Part shown: positions 11,101 through 23,035 of the stretch, piece by piece | Numbering within the stretch: position 1 is the stretch's first letter | Layout: the number at the start of each line of letters is the position of its first letter | Assembly (NCBI GenBank): GCA_963575745.1 | Contig: CAUYUJ010000222.1 | Coordinates: 62,001 to 116,647 of the forward strand | From: Prorocentrum cordatum | Lineage: Eukaryota | Direction: 5' to 3' | DNA: 54,647 nt | Program-made: the position numbers and the translations under genes | Notes under the pieces: generated by a model | Databases searched by the model: none | The model's input: the letters and a program-made list of their open reading frames with translations, nothing else | Told to the model about the DNA's origin: nothing

Positions 11101-12009
11101 CCACTCCGCCGCCGTGAGCGGGAGCTCGTTCTCGCCGGCGCTGCGGCGGGAGCGGGTGGCAGCAGCGGCAGCGGCCGCGAGAGCCAGCGCGCCAGCGGCC
11201 GCGCCCGCCAGCGGCGCCGGGGAGCTCGCCCTGGAGGAGACGGCCTTGGCGCCGACGGGGAACGCGCGAAGACGGCCCTCGCTCGCGTCGCCCTCCGCCT
11301 GCTCAGCCAGATCGCCGGTCTCGAAGTCGAAGACAAACTCGCTGCGAGGACGTCCGCGGGGTCGTCGGGGCACTCGTGCACGTGCACCTTGGCACCGTCG
11401 GCGGCGTCGTCGCCGGACTCGGCGTCGTCGTGCGGCGGGCCGCCAGGCACAGGCCAGCGCCCGCGTTCTTCCGCGCGACATTGCCCAAGAGGTCCCACTT
11501 CTGGTTGCCGACAGAGTTGAAGTTGGACGCGTCGTCGCGGCAGGTCCACAACTGGATCTCCGCCTCGCCGCTGGCCTTGGCGTCCGCCTTGATCTGATCC
11601 AAGGTCTGGCGCTCGCAGCCGTGGCGGTTGCAGCCCTTCGCTGCGTCGTCGAGGTCCGCGGACGGGTCGCAATCCGCGCGCGTGACCGTGATGTCGTCGC
11701 ACGCCTCCGCGTCGTCCTTGGAGGCGCGGCCGGCAGCCTTGTTCATGGCGCGGCCGCCAATGAGCTCGAAGTTATGTTCTCTTCGCTGTGGCGCGTCCAC
11801 ACGTGGGCGCGGGCGCCCTTTTCCATGGTGGGCGGCCCCCGGCGGTCGCGCCCCTCGCGGTCGCAGCCCTTCTCCTCGTCGTCGAGGGGCGCGGCGTCGT
11901 CGCACTCTGCGCGCGTGGCCTTGATGCCCAAGCACTTCTTGGCATGCGGGCTCACGACGTTGTTGGCGGCGGCCAGGCCGACGAGGGCGACGGCGTCTTC
12001 GCGCTGCGC
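11101..12009 (-). pseudogene. Processed pseudogene copy 1: secreted/membrane ricin-B (QxW beta-trefoil) lectin-like protein
   Basis: Frameshifted pieces AVALVGLAAANNVVSPHAKKCLGIKA, KGARAHVWT, HNFELIGG, IQLWTC...GNQKWDL, GLCL, DGAKVHVHEC, C-terminal AGAAAGALALAAAAAAATR. Relative to copy 2, start ATG>GCG and stop TGA>TGG; no introns. Confidence 0.75.
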
Positions 12010-12389
12010 GGCTCTGCCGCGGCAGTCGGAGGCGTCGATGAGCGCCGGACCTGCGGCCGAGATGCTTGAGACAAAGGAAAGGTTGCAGCTCTCTGAACAA
12101 CGGCCCCTTGCGCCCAAGCCAGCGCTGATTCAATGAAAATGTCGCCCTTCACCTCTAATCCTGCTTTGCTCTGGCGCCGTTTTTCCGCGCCGCGCGCGGG
12201 GGCGCGAAGCCCTCCGCGAGCGGGCGAAGGCCGCCCGCGTGCACGGCGCGAAAAAAAAAACATACCCGAGCAAAACGCGATTTGAAACGAAGGGCAACAG
12301 CTCCTCCGACACTGAGGCCTCTATCACGAACGCCACCCCTGCGCGCGAGTGCGAGAGGCGCGAAGAATCCTTTCACGGGATTTCGAACC

Positions 12390-13020
12390 AGCAGCCCTCG
12401 AAAGCGGCGACAGCGTCGCAGATCGCAGCCCCCCAGGGACGGCGAGGTCTCGCTCGGACCCCCGCGGTGTCTCAGTCCGCAGGGCCCACCGGCAGCCCTC
12501 GGAAGTGGCGACAGCGTCGCAGATCGCAGCCCCTTACTGTAGGGGCGGCGAAATCTCGCTCAGACCCCCGCGGCGCCTCAGTCCGCAGGGCCCGCCAGCG
12601 GCCCTCGAAAGCGGCGACAGCGTCGCGGATCGAAGCCCCCAAGGGAAGGCGAGGTCTCGCCCGAGGGAAGGCGAGGTCTCGTTCGGACCCCCGCGGTGCC
12701 TCGCAGGGCCCATCAGCAGCCCGCGAAAGCGGCGACAGCGTCGCAGATCGCAGCCCCCCAGGGGCGGCGAGGTCTCGCTCAGATCCCCGCGGTGCCTCAG
12801 TCCGCAGGACCCACCGGCAGCCCTCGAAAGCGGCGACAGCGTCGCAGATCGCAGCCCCCCAGGGACGGCGCGGTCTCGCTCAGATTCCCGCGGCGCCTCA
12901 GCCCGCAGGACCCGCCAACAGCTTTCGAAAGTGGCGACAGCGTCGCAGATTCACTCGGATCCGCGGTGGGTGCCCTCTCTGCTGGCATCCCCAGCAGCCC
13001 TCGAAAGTGGCGACGGCGGG
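12390..13020 (+). repeat. ~100-106 bp tandem repeat, 6-7 units
   Basis: Core CAGCCCTCGAAAGCGGCGACAGCGTCGCAGATCGCAGCCCC recurs at ~12393, 12493, 12599, 12717, 12818, 12918 and 12995. Confidence 0.9.
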
Positions 13021-13299
13021 AGGCGGGGGGAGAAGGGCGCGCGAGCAGTGCTCTATTTAAAACGAATGCCCCACCAAGGGGGGTTGGGACAAAAAAAAGA
13101 TTTGGATTTTGTCATTGGCTTTTCCTGCGCGTCCTCTCTCGTCTGTTGCGTCACTTTGGCTGCCGGCCCGACTGGCCGCAGCTGGCGATCTTCAAACTGA
13201 TAATGGAAATTATGATCAGGATCCAGGTTCTGCGGAACCTCCGAGCAGCCTCGACAAACATGAGAGTAGTTCTATGTCAGACCATTTGAGGCCTCTCAC

Positions 13300-14376
13300 A
13301 TCACACCGGAAACAATAAAATATACGTAGCACCCCGCAGATGCGGACAAGAGTGAGTGGGCAGCGGGGACGTCAGCAGTCTGCGAGACTCTGGGGAAGCC
13401 CGCCGCAGGCGCTGATTTTTTGGTTGGACCAACGTTGGTAGGCCGCGGGTGGGTCGCGAATGGGTCGCCGTTGGGTCGTCCTTGGGTCGCGGGGTGGGTC
13501 GTGAATGGGTCGCGGATGGGTCAAGGGGTGGGTCGCGGGCGGGTCGCAGGGGCGGGTCGCGGGGCGGGTCGCGGGCGATGGGCGACGACGCCGACGACGA
13601 CGACGACGACGGCAACAACTACCGCGCAACAAGCAGGAGCCTCACCGATAATCTGCAATTCAGCCACGCGCCCATGGACAACGAATGACCGCTCGGCCCC
13701 TCCACTCTAACTCTATATCATAAAATAAGCGGGAGGCGAAGAAACCAACCTGGCGCAGTAACTGGCGCATCAGAAGAAAAGGATTGAAAGAAACAAAAAA
13801 AAAGGCGGCGAGGCAAAACAACGAATGCAAATCGCCCCCCCCCCCCCCCCATAAAAAAAATCGGCGGCGAATCGTATTGCAACCAGTGCGAAGTCGTTCT
13901 GGCGGGCTGCATCCGGCAATGTTTTAAAAAGGTTACAACAATACTGACAAACAAATCTGGACTCAAAATGGCCATTACGAGAACGCGGAATACTGCGAGC
14001 GAACGGACGGGGCGTCAAAACCAAGCAACAATAACATTCAGACTTGTTCATATGAAACGAGAATGCAAGTCATGCGACCTTCTCAAAAGAAAACTACTCG
14101 AAATCCCTGGAAGACCACGCCGTGCAACGCGACCCCCCAAAACAGACTTGCAATTCTATCAAACAGCGCTCGCCGCGCGACGCGGACTGGCCACGCTGAT
14201 CAAATCCCAACCGAGCGACGCATTTCAAGCCGCCCGCGGGCGCGACCGCAACCGCAACTAAACGACAATGAAACGGCGGCGGGTTCGCCGGCCAAAACCG
14301 GCGCGAGGGGGCGGCGGCGGAGGGCGGGGGGGCGCCCTGTCAGCGCTGCAGCGGGCGCCGAAGAAATCGTAGTGAT
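13300..14376. mobile_element. 1077-bp non-autonomous insertion with 8-bp TSD (hAT-like TSD length)
   Basis: CCTCTCAC|ATCAC...GTGAT|CCTCTCAC; the paralogous empty site GAGGCCTCTCACTCTCACGTC is at ~11062-11082. Confidence 0.8.
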
Positions 14377-14411
14377 CCTCTCACTCTCACGTCTGACTCG
14401 CGACGACGCGC

Positions 14412-15269
14412 TCACTCCGCCGTCGCGAGCGAAAGCTCAATCTCGCTGGCGCCGCGGCGGGCACGGATGGCCGCAGCAGCAGCAGCGGCCGCGAGAGCCA
14501 GCGCGCCAGCGGCCGCGCCCACCAGCGGCGCCGGGAAGCTCGCCCTTGAGGAGACGGCCATGGCGCCGACAGAAAACGCGCGAAGACGGCCCCCGCTCGC
14601 GTCGCCCTCCGACTGCTCGGCCAGATCGCCAGTCTCGAAGTCGAAGACGAACTCGGCGAGGTCGTCCGCGGAGTCGCTGGGGCATTCGTGCATGTGCACC
14701 TCGGCCCTGTTGGCGGCGTCGTCGTGGTGGGCCGCCAGGCACAGGCCAGCGCCCGCGTTCTTCCGCGCGCCGTTGCCCAAGAGGTCCCGCCTCTGGTTGC
14801 TGAAGGAGCTGGAGTTGGACGTGCCGTCGCGGCAGGTCCACAGCTGGATCCGCCTGGCCGCCTGCCTTGGCGTCCGCCTTGATCTGGTCCAGTCTGGCGC
14901 TCGCAGCCGTCGCGGTTGTAGCCCTGCGGCGCTGCGTCGTCGAGGTCTGCGGGCGGGTCGCACTCCGCGCGCGTGTCCTTGATGTCGATGTACAGCTCCG
15001 CGTCGTCCTTGGAGGTGCGGCCCGCTTGTTCATGGCGCGGCCGCCGATGAGCTCGAAGTTCTGGTTCTCTTCGTTGTGGCACGTCCACACGTGAATGCGG
15101 GTGCCCTTCCCCATGGTAGACGGCTCCTGGCGTTCGCAGCCCTTGCGGTCGCGGTGTCGTCGCGTTCTGCGCACATGGCCCTGGTGTCCAAACACTTCTT
15201 GGTACACGGGCCCACGACGTTGTTGGCGGCGGCCAAGCCGACGAGGGCGACGGCGGCGACGCCCTGCAT
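14412..15269 (-). pseudogene. Processed pseudogene copy 2 of the ricin-B lectin-like membrane protein
   Basis: GCC-ATG start; MQGVAAVALVGLAAA signal-like peptide; KKCLDT; KGTRIHVWTCHNEENQNFEL; IQLWTC; GLCL; GAAAGALALAAAAAAAAIRARRGASEIELSLATAE-stop; several frameshifts. Confidence 0.78.
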
Positions 15270-15634
15270 GGCTCTGCCGCGGCAGTCGGAGGTGTCGATG
15301 AGTGCCAGACCTGCGGTCGAGATGCTTGAATCAAGGCAAAAGTTGCACCTCTCTGAGCAACGGCTCCTCGCACCCAGACCAGCACTGACTCAGAGAAAGT
15401 TTCGCCTCATTTCAAATCCTGCTTTGCTCCGGTACCGTCTTCCCGCGCCGCACGCGGGAGGGCGAAGCCCTCCGCGGGCGGGCGCCCACATGCACGGCGC
15501 GGAAAAACATACCGGAACGAAACGGGATTGAAAGCAATGGGCAACACCTTCTCCGAAACTGAGGCCTCTTCCAGGAAGCGGCGTGGGCACACGCTCCACA
15601 AAAAGGCGCGCACCGGTAAACCGCGCGGAACATA

Positions 15635-15812
15635 TGCATATGCATGAGTGTATGTATGTATGCATGTATGTACGTATGTATGTATGCATGCATGTATGTA
15701 CGTATGTTTGTATGTATGTATGTATGTATGTATGTGTGTATGTATGTATGTATGTTTGTTTGTTTGTTTGTATATTTGTATGACTGTACGTGCATATATA
15801 TATATATATATG
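15635..15812. repeat. (TATG)n/(TA)n microsatellite
   Basis: Directly visible. Confidence 0.95.
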
Positions 15813-15829
15813 TAAATACAGCTGTTCGT

Positions 15830-16055
15830 ATGTGGCTCTCGCCTTAGCGCCCCCGCACACTCGCCGTATAACACTGCAGGAGTTGATGGATTGAGGGCGG
15901 ATGGTCTTCAAACTGTAGCTCTCGTCTCAGCGCTGCGTGCATTCGTTTTAGGCACTTGCAAGAATTTCACGGACTGAGGGCGGTTCCTTTTCAAAATGTG
16001 GCTCTCGCCTTAGCGCCGCGCGCAGTCGTTTAAAACAATTGCAAGAATTCCACGG
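15830..16055 (+). repeat. ~83-bp tandem repeat, ~2.7 units
   Basis: GT(G/A)GCTCTCG(C/T)CT(T/C)AGCGC and TGCA(A/G)GA(A/G)TT recur three times. Confidence 0.75.
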
Positions 16056-16894
16056 GTTCCCATGATTAACGCCCCAGAAACGCTTTTGTGGAACGAAACA
16101 AGAATGTCAGGTAGCAGCAGTTTTGTTGATTCGCGGTGTTGAAGTCCCAGGACTGGCGGTCTGGAGCGATTCAGGGTCGTCGAGACGCAACACTCAGGTT
16201 GATCCGCGGCGTCGAAATTCAGAGAATGGCCTTGTGGCACGTTCCAGCATTTTCAGACGGTTGTTTGCCAATGAGGCAATTCACTCAGTGGAATTGTATC
16301 CTCGTATGGGCCTATGAAGAGGGAGCTTGGAAGGAAGGTTTACTCCAACATCGTTGGTGAACCTTGGGTTTGCACTGGTCCCGCTCCTCGTCCTCGTCCT
16401 CCTCTTCTGTCTCCTCGAATTCCTCACCCTCTCCTTCTATTGTTCCTTCTCCGTTTCCTCCTCCTCCTCCTCCTTTTCCTCCTCTACCTCTTCTACCTCC
16501 TCTACGTATTCCTCCTCCTCCTCCAATTCTTTCTCCTCCTCCTCCTCCTCCTCCTCCTCCTCCTCCTCCTCCTCCTCCTCCTCCTCCTCCTCCTGACAAA
16601 CACCACAAGTTCCACGTACAAGAGCAGACTGGCGTGACAGAGCCAGCGGCAGGGCACCCTCGTTTCCGGTGGGCCCCGCCCCCCGGGCCTGCTGGTCCTC
16701 GGACTCCACCAGAGGCACGTGGCGGCGGGTGTTGTCGGAGTCCCTGGCGTAGCAGGGAGGAGGAGGAGGAGGAGGAGGAGGAGGAGGAGGAGGAGGAGGA
16801 GGAGAAGGAGGAGGAGGAGGAGGAGGAGGATTGGGAACATTGGGGTAAAATGACAACGTAGGTCAAAACAGTGCCCAGAAAACAAGTGCAGAAC

Positions 16895-18330
16895 TTACAA
16901 TATCAAGAGGGGCCCAAAGCCTCCCGCACCGCTTTGGGGGGGCCTCCTGGGTGAGGGGTATTCGCCTCGCTCGATGCGGGCCAGGTTCTGTCTGCCCTTG
17001 GCCGAGGGTTCACATCGAGGGGCAAGCTGCCGTGCATCCGTCGTGCACGTCTTCCCGCATTGGGTGCAGAAGATAAGCATGAATTTCCGCCAGAAATGGA
17101 GCCGATGGGTTTCGTGGAAGGCTTTCCCCCCCACGACCCGCGGGCCCGAATAGGGCGAGAACTCCTGAGTTCCACCGCCCCTGCAGGGAGATTCACAAAC
17201 CTGGAAAATCGAGTCCTGGTTGGCAAGCAAATCGCACCTCCTGCACCAAAACTTCGGGCCCGCACGGGCCCACACGTGAGGCGAGTCCCGAAGCGAGCGA
17301 GCGAGCCTCGGGAGCGCAGCCTCGCCTCTGCTGGTGGGCTGCCATTCCGCGGTCCATGGATCCGCGAGGATGCAACACGCAAGGGCTCTCCGCGCACGAC
17401 GACGGATCAGCGAGGCCATGGCATCCCGCTCATCAGTGCACGGCACAGGGGAAACTACATACTGAGACCAGGCGCTCTCGGCCATGAATCCAGCCAACGA
17501 CCCTGCTGATTCATTACCAAACATACGAAAAATCTGCTGCACAGTCGGGACAGACACCTGATCGAGCTCTACATGAGAGGGCGCCCAGACTATATCGATC
17601 ACACCAGGTCCTCGGGAGGCGACAGCCTTCAGGATATCGGACCAGAGATCAGCGTTCGAACCCAACACCCAGCTCGACACTCCAACACGCTGAATTCTGC
17701 TCCAAGTATCCACCAGAGGCCTGTGATCGGTGACAAAGCGCAGATTACTAGAAGACACAGTGAGCGCCATGAGAAACGCCAGGAGCTCCGCGCGAGGCAC
17801 AGACTGCCTTCTGCCCTCGAGAGTGGGCCCACGTCCCGCGGAGGGCTCCCAAGACGATCCGACTGGAGTGAGGCCCATGACCCCCGCCCCGACTCTGCGA
17901 CGCCGAGGGTCGCTCGAGAAACGACCCCCCGACCCATCGCCGAAGATCGTCACGAAACCTTCGGCGTCGCGGGGAATCAGGTCGAAAGATCCAAAATCTA
18001 CAACCGTAGGGGGGAGAGGAGCGAAGGAGGGCACGGTCTCACTCACTCCAGGCACTCCTCGAAGCCAAAATCCTGGATATGCCTCATGCTGCGCTTGTGC
18101 CTCAGCATGCAAATGCTGGGAATCATCGAAATCCTCATGCTGGGTGTTAGCGGAGCATTCCCACACTCTGTGGAACAGGGACTCAGGTTTCTCATGGCAC
18201 CGAGGACACAAGCTGGGTACCACGTAGCCTGCATCCCTCAGCCTCTGGCGAGGCCATTGGCCTCCACTCACCACCACGAGGTTGAGCGCCACCTGGCCCT
18301 CGCCGTTGACATGAGCGAGCCGATCAACTT
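16895..18330 (-). pseudogene. LINE ORF2 C-terminal part: zf-RVT-like CCHC finger, RNase H, two Cys clusters
   Basis: CPRCHEKPESLFHRVWEC; IFGDGSGG, QSVPRAEL, FVTDH, WAPSHV, GNESAGSLA (last catalytic Asp appears replaced by Gly); FWCRRC, FHETHRL, IFCTQCG. Confidence 0.9.
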
Positions 18331-18399
18331 CACGATGAATGTGCATCATATGCACCTCTGGCCAAGTCTTCGCCCGCTTCATGATGTCCAGCGGCAGCC

Positions 18400-19994
18400 C
18401 ACAGCAGAGAATCCACCGTGGCTTCCACATCTTCCAGCAGGTCCGTGAAGTCGGGGCTGAAGTCAGAGAAGGCCTCATCATCGCACGACGGGATGGCCCA
18501 AACATGAAGCTCAGACTCCCAACTCGTGGGACTGTGCGGAATCCAACCAAGATCCATGAGCGTGGCAATCGTAGCACCGATAGGGCCCAAGACGACCCTC
18601 CACCGTCGAGTACCTGCCAAACGCAACCGAGATAAAATCTTGCCCCAACTTAGAGCAATCCGAGCATGAAGATCAGGATGCTCTCGCCGCAACTTTAGCC
18701 AAGCCGCCAAATGTTCACGACGAATGACCTTAGCAGGGCCACGCCTCCCAAGGGCTGCTGCAATAGAAGACGTGAGACAACGACCAGGACCAGAGCCAAC
18801 CGCACTCTGAGCCGCCTGTCGCCTCAACTGCACCAAGAGATGACGAGGGATATCATACGCTTGATGAGCATAAGTCCCCTGCGGCTTCGCCCCAGTAGGC
18901 CACAGCGCACTGGTGACCTTGCGGGGCCTGGCATGCTTGCGCATACGACGAATAACCGTGGCCCGCGACTTGGCTCTCTTGACACGATCCAACGCTTTGT
19001 GTCGGGAGTAGTACCTGCCAGCAGAAGCATCCATCCCCAGATCCACAGCATGCCGAACTGCAGCGACTGGGACTCCCGCACGCCGATGCCCATTGCTGAC
19101 CTTGAGGGACAGGGAACCTGACGAGGAGATCACCGCAGTCGCGGGGCGAACTGTCAGCCCAGCAGCACCGAAATCGCTGCGCAACCCACACCCAGACTCC
19201 ACCAAAAGGTCGCCAGCAAGACTCTCTGGGCCTTCAACCCTCAGCACGGTGTCGTCCACAAAGGTGCGCAGCATGATTCGGCCTTCGAAGCGCTGCTGGG
19301 CTTGCTGAAGAATTGGCCCTAAGAAGGCCTTCGCAAGTCGCCCACCATTCAATGAGCCAGCGACAACACTGCGTCGCGGCAAGATCTGCTTGCTAATAGA
19401 GTTCTGGTCCTTCAGGTGGCGAGGAGCCATGAAATTCTGAATCTCAAGAGCCAGAACTTGAAGAGGAAACCCTTGCTGCAAGGCTGAGACACATAATAAT
19501 GAGAAAGGCAAGCTGCCGTAGAACTTCTCCAGATCCAAAAGAAGCGTCGACAAGGCGACCCCCATCTCGCGGCAACTCTCATCCATGCGCGAGCGGGCCA
19601 GCGCAGCCTGCAGCGCCGACGAACCCCGAACAGCAGTGTCCCAATGCTCCTCCAGGGCTTCGCTCCAATTTAGCGCGCGCTGGCTTCGCAAGCGGGCCCG
19701 CAACCGTGCAAAGTGAGGCAGCAACCCCAAGATGCGATCCCCTCCTCTGGGTTTCGGTAGAATAGGAGCAATGACAATGAATATTTGCTGCGGCCACAGA
19801 CAACGAGCTTCAACAGCATGGAGTAATCCGATCAGTTCAGCTTTGGCTGGCCCTGGCAGTCGCTGCAACTCGATGGGCCCCAGGGAACCCACTCCCTTGG
19901 CTTTCTTAGCGTTGGGGCGCGACAGAACAGCCTCCAAAGCCTCAGGGGTGGTGTCCTCCAGCGGACCAGACCGAGCCCTGCTTCTCAAGTACAT
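18400..19994 (-). pseudogene. LINE reverse transcriptase domain
   Basis: ILPKPRGGDRILGL, LLLDLEKFYGSL, RSVVAGS, RTFVDD (19251-19262), DLGMD. Confidence 0.93.
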
Positions 19995-20999
19995 GAAACC
20001 TGCCCGAACTTTGTTGAGATCAGCTTTGGGATCACTCCAGATGTCACTTCATTCATCAGCCCGCAAGTCCATCATGCTGTTGGGCGTGGCGTAGATATCA
20101 TTGCCTCGTATGGGCTCCGCAAGCTTGACCTTCTGGTCTCCCTTCGCATGGCGGTGTAACACTCCAGGGGAAGACTTCCACACTTTCAATACCCACGCCC
20201 TCTGCGAGCCTTGGCGAGCGCTTGGCCGAGAGCTCTAGATCGATATTTGTCGGCGGCCTCCATGAGCGCCTGGAGCTCATCGCCGTCGGCATCGGCGATG
20301 CTAGAAACAGCGCCAAACCATCCAGCCCAATCGCAATTGGGACCCTTGTCAAAAGGATAATCAACGCCAGAAGCGGCCTCAGCAACTCGCCAAGCTTACC
20401 CGCGCACAAATCCAACTCTTGATCCTTCCCAGCTCTATGGAGCAGCACATACCTGCGGATAAGCGCAGTACGAAGCTCCCACCATTCCAGGTGCTGGTCA
20501 CGAAGATGTGCACGCCCAGGAGTCGATCGCGACCGAGACCAACTAAAATCGCATCCACCCGCTCTCCCACAAAACTTCGCACGATCTTCTTCCGAAACGT
20601 CGTGGTGCAGCATCGTGGCGTTCCCAACAGCTTGAATCCACTCACCATACACAATAGAGAGCGTATCACGAGTCTCAGGGTCAGCATCCGGCACAGTATG
20701 AGGACGCTGCGCGGGCCGCCCTTCGCAAGGCTGGGCGCGAACTTCACGCCAAAGGTCCAACGGGATGGCGAACGGCGTCGAGTCGATGGGGCGACCCTCC
20801 CCCTCAGGGTACAGCTCGTCGAAAGCATCTTGAAGGACTTCGGGTAGCTGCTCACGTCGCTTATGTTTAGTCTCGCTAATCTTCCTCTGACTCTTACTAT
20901 CGGGGTCTGGCTGCCGACGAGGTCTGGAGACAGTGTGCAACGGCTTGGGGATCGACAGCGTGCGAATCCACCAACTGACCTTACCCGCCTTCAATGACA

Positions 21000-21680
21000 T
21001 GGAGCGACCTGCATGCGTCTTCCATGGAACGTGCGGCACGATGTTAACACGAAGCGCATCAGCAACTTTGGTGGACGCGATCACGTAGTCAATCAGGGTG
21101 CCAGAACCTCTGTTGCACGTGACGTGCCCGTCGATGGGTAACTTCAGCTGTCCACCGAGCTTCGCAATCCAATCTGCGGTGTCCCATTCAGCAGGGGTAA
21201 CATTCCAGTCGCCAACAAGAATCCAAGGATCTCTGATCAATTCCAGAAACCCAGCCAAACGTACTAAGGTCTTCTCACTATCGCCTCTCAACTTGTGACC
21301 AGGGAGAAGGCAACACGCCACCACAACAATATTGCCAGCTCTAGTGTGCCAAAAACCAGGACAAAAGCCTCGAAAGGGGTCTTCGACTCTGGAGGTAACG
21401 CCAGCTGTGCGCCAATGCTCGAAGCTGGTAAGAGAAGTCGTCTTACGAGTAACCAACCATTCTCCTCCAGAGGTGCCATGCGCCGATCTGCCTGTAAGGA
21501 CAGAGGGAGTAGCAAGAACTCTCCATCCATCTTTACTCATATCCGCAACAGCACGAGATAACCGGTCGCCCCTCATATGCGTCTCAACTATGCCCAGGAT
21601 ATCATATTCCTCGGCCTGACCACGAAAGAAACCTTGGGTTACAGGGCCCCACTCAGAGACGTTCGCGAAGAAAATCTTAC
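21000..21680 (-). pseudogene. LINE apurinic/apyrimidinic (APE/EEP-fold) endonuclease domain
   Basis: IFFANV, ILGIVETH, TSGG, WILVGDWNV, TC..GTLIDYVI, PWKTH catalytic motif series. Confidence 0.92.
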
Positions 21681-21883
21681 TGTCCGTCTTGATGGTGTGC
21701 TCATAAGTCTCCGCCGCTGTCGAAATCGGCGAGGTAGAGGTACCATCTACCATACTATTCCCCAGAGCTGCCACAGCCGTAGTGCATGATGTGGGGTTTC
21801 CCAGGGATGAGGCACCCTGGGCGGCCGAGGACGTACAGGTCGTACTGGTACTGGTAGTGCGTCCATGCCAGGTCGGCTGCCGA

Positions 21884-22345
21884 TCAGGAACGAGACCTCG
21901 CAGAAGCGGCTCCACTAGAAGCAGCAGGCCGAGGACCGAGGCCAGCAGTAGCCTTGCTCTCGACCTTGACCCTCGCCTGGGCCAACGCAGACTTGACCTG
22001 CTCTTTGACTGCCGCCTCCTCCACGGTGGGCTCGGACAGGTCATCGGTCGGTGAGGGGGGGGCGGCGGTTGGCGCGGCAGTATCCTCGGCGCCAGCCTCC
22101 GCCCCAGTCCCAACGGCAGCGGCACCCTCTTCGTCGAGCCTGGAGCGCTTGGACGGCGAAGCCCTGATCTCCTTGGCCCTCGCCGCCGCCTCCTGGACCG
22201 TCGCCTGCAACTTGGCAACCTCCTCAACCTTGGCCTTGATGTCGACCTCAATCTTTGCGAGCTGCGCCTTCGCCTCGCCGTCAATGTCCGATAAGTCCGT
22301 GAAAAGGGACTCGTCGTAGGCGAAGAGAATGCGCTTGCCGTCGGG
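21884..22345 (-). pseudogene. LINE ORF1 C-terminal coiled-coil/low-complexity part
   Basis: DGKRILFAYDESLFTDLSDIDGEAKAQLAKIEVDIKAKVEEVAKLQATVQEAAARAK...RSRS-stop, just upstream of the APE domain in another frame. Confidence 0.65.
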
Positions 22346-23035
22346 AAGGGAGGGGCGAAGGGAGGAGGAGGGGCAGGGAGCAGAGGTCGGGAGAGTGAAG
22401 GGGATGAGACACTGGCCGGGATGCGGCCCTCATACTCTGCACAAAGGCTGGGCCTGGCGGGCCGCAGGCCTACCGAACGGAAAAAGAGCAGATCCGACAG
22501 CCTCAAGTCACGGCAGGCCTGCTTAAGAGCAATCCGAAAGTGCCGAAAGCAAGCCCAAGCCTCGCCAGACTAGCGCGACATCATTGAGCCGCACTCCAGT
22601 GAAAAACGCGTCTGTAAAAACACTTGGCCACATGCGCCTCGACAGCACACGTCATGGACACACGAACCTGGCGAGGAGCTACAACTCAACTGATACTCCA
22701 ACATGACTTACATACGCAAGCTGTTGCAATATGCGTGTGTCACTGCCACGATGTGTTCCGTGTGATGTTTCCCTTTTCCTGTGCGTGATTCGATTATGTG
22801 TTTTGCGTTTCATTGTTCCTATGGTGTACACGTCGGTCGGAAGAAGAAGAAGGTAATATCATGAATTGGGAATGCAGATCAATAATATTCGGCTCAAGCC
22901 CTCTCAAATAAACACAGAACGCAGCGAAAGCATATCGATTCCCAACATAGGAAGGCGCTAGAATTAGATTGGGATCTGGGAGTCTAAAAATACCGACCTA
23001 CTTTAGGAGACCGACGGTTACGTTTCTCCCACGCC

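Larger units (their letters stand above)
16831..22345 (-). mobile_element. Near full-length degenerate LINE (non-LTR retrotransposon): ORF1 C-terminus plus ORF2 (APE-RT-zf-RNase H-Cys tail), (TCC)n tail
   Basis: Domain order read from ORFs 20098-22506, 18330-19994 and 16895-18577; frameshifts near 20200 and 18400; 3' end AATGTTCCCAA(TCC)n. The 5' boundary is approximate. Confidence 0.95.

Noticed and set aside
13957..13973. GCCATTTTGAGTCCAG (- strand) as an SL relic
   Set aside because: Three mismatches in 16 nt, inside a transposon-like insert; compatible with chance.
20098..22506. 802-aa ORF as one intact protein
   Set aside because: The N-terminal third is an off-frame reading of ORF1 and upstream DNA. 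Only the APE and linker part is meaningful, and it frameshifts before the RT.
22887..22898. ATTCGGCTCAAG as an SL relic
   Set aside because: The match is too short and imperfect, and no transcript-like sequence follows.
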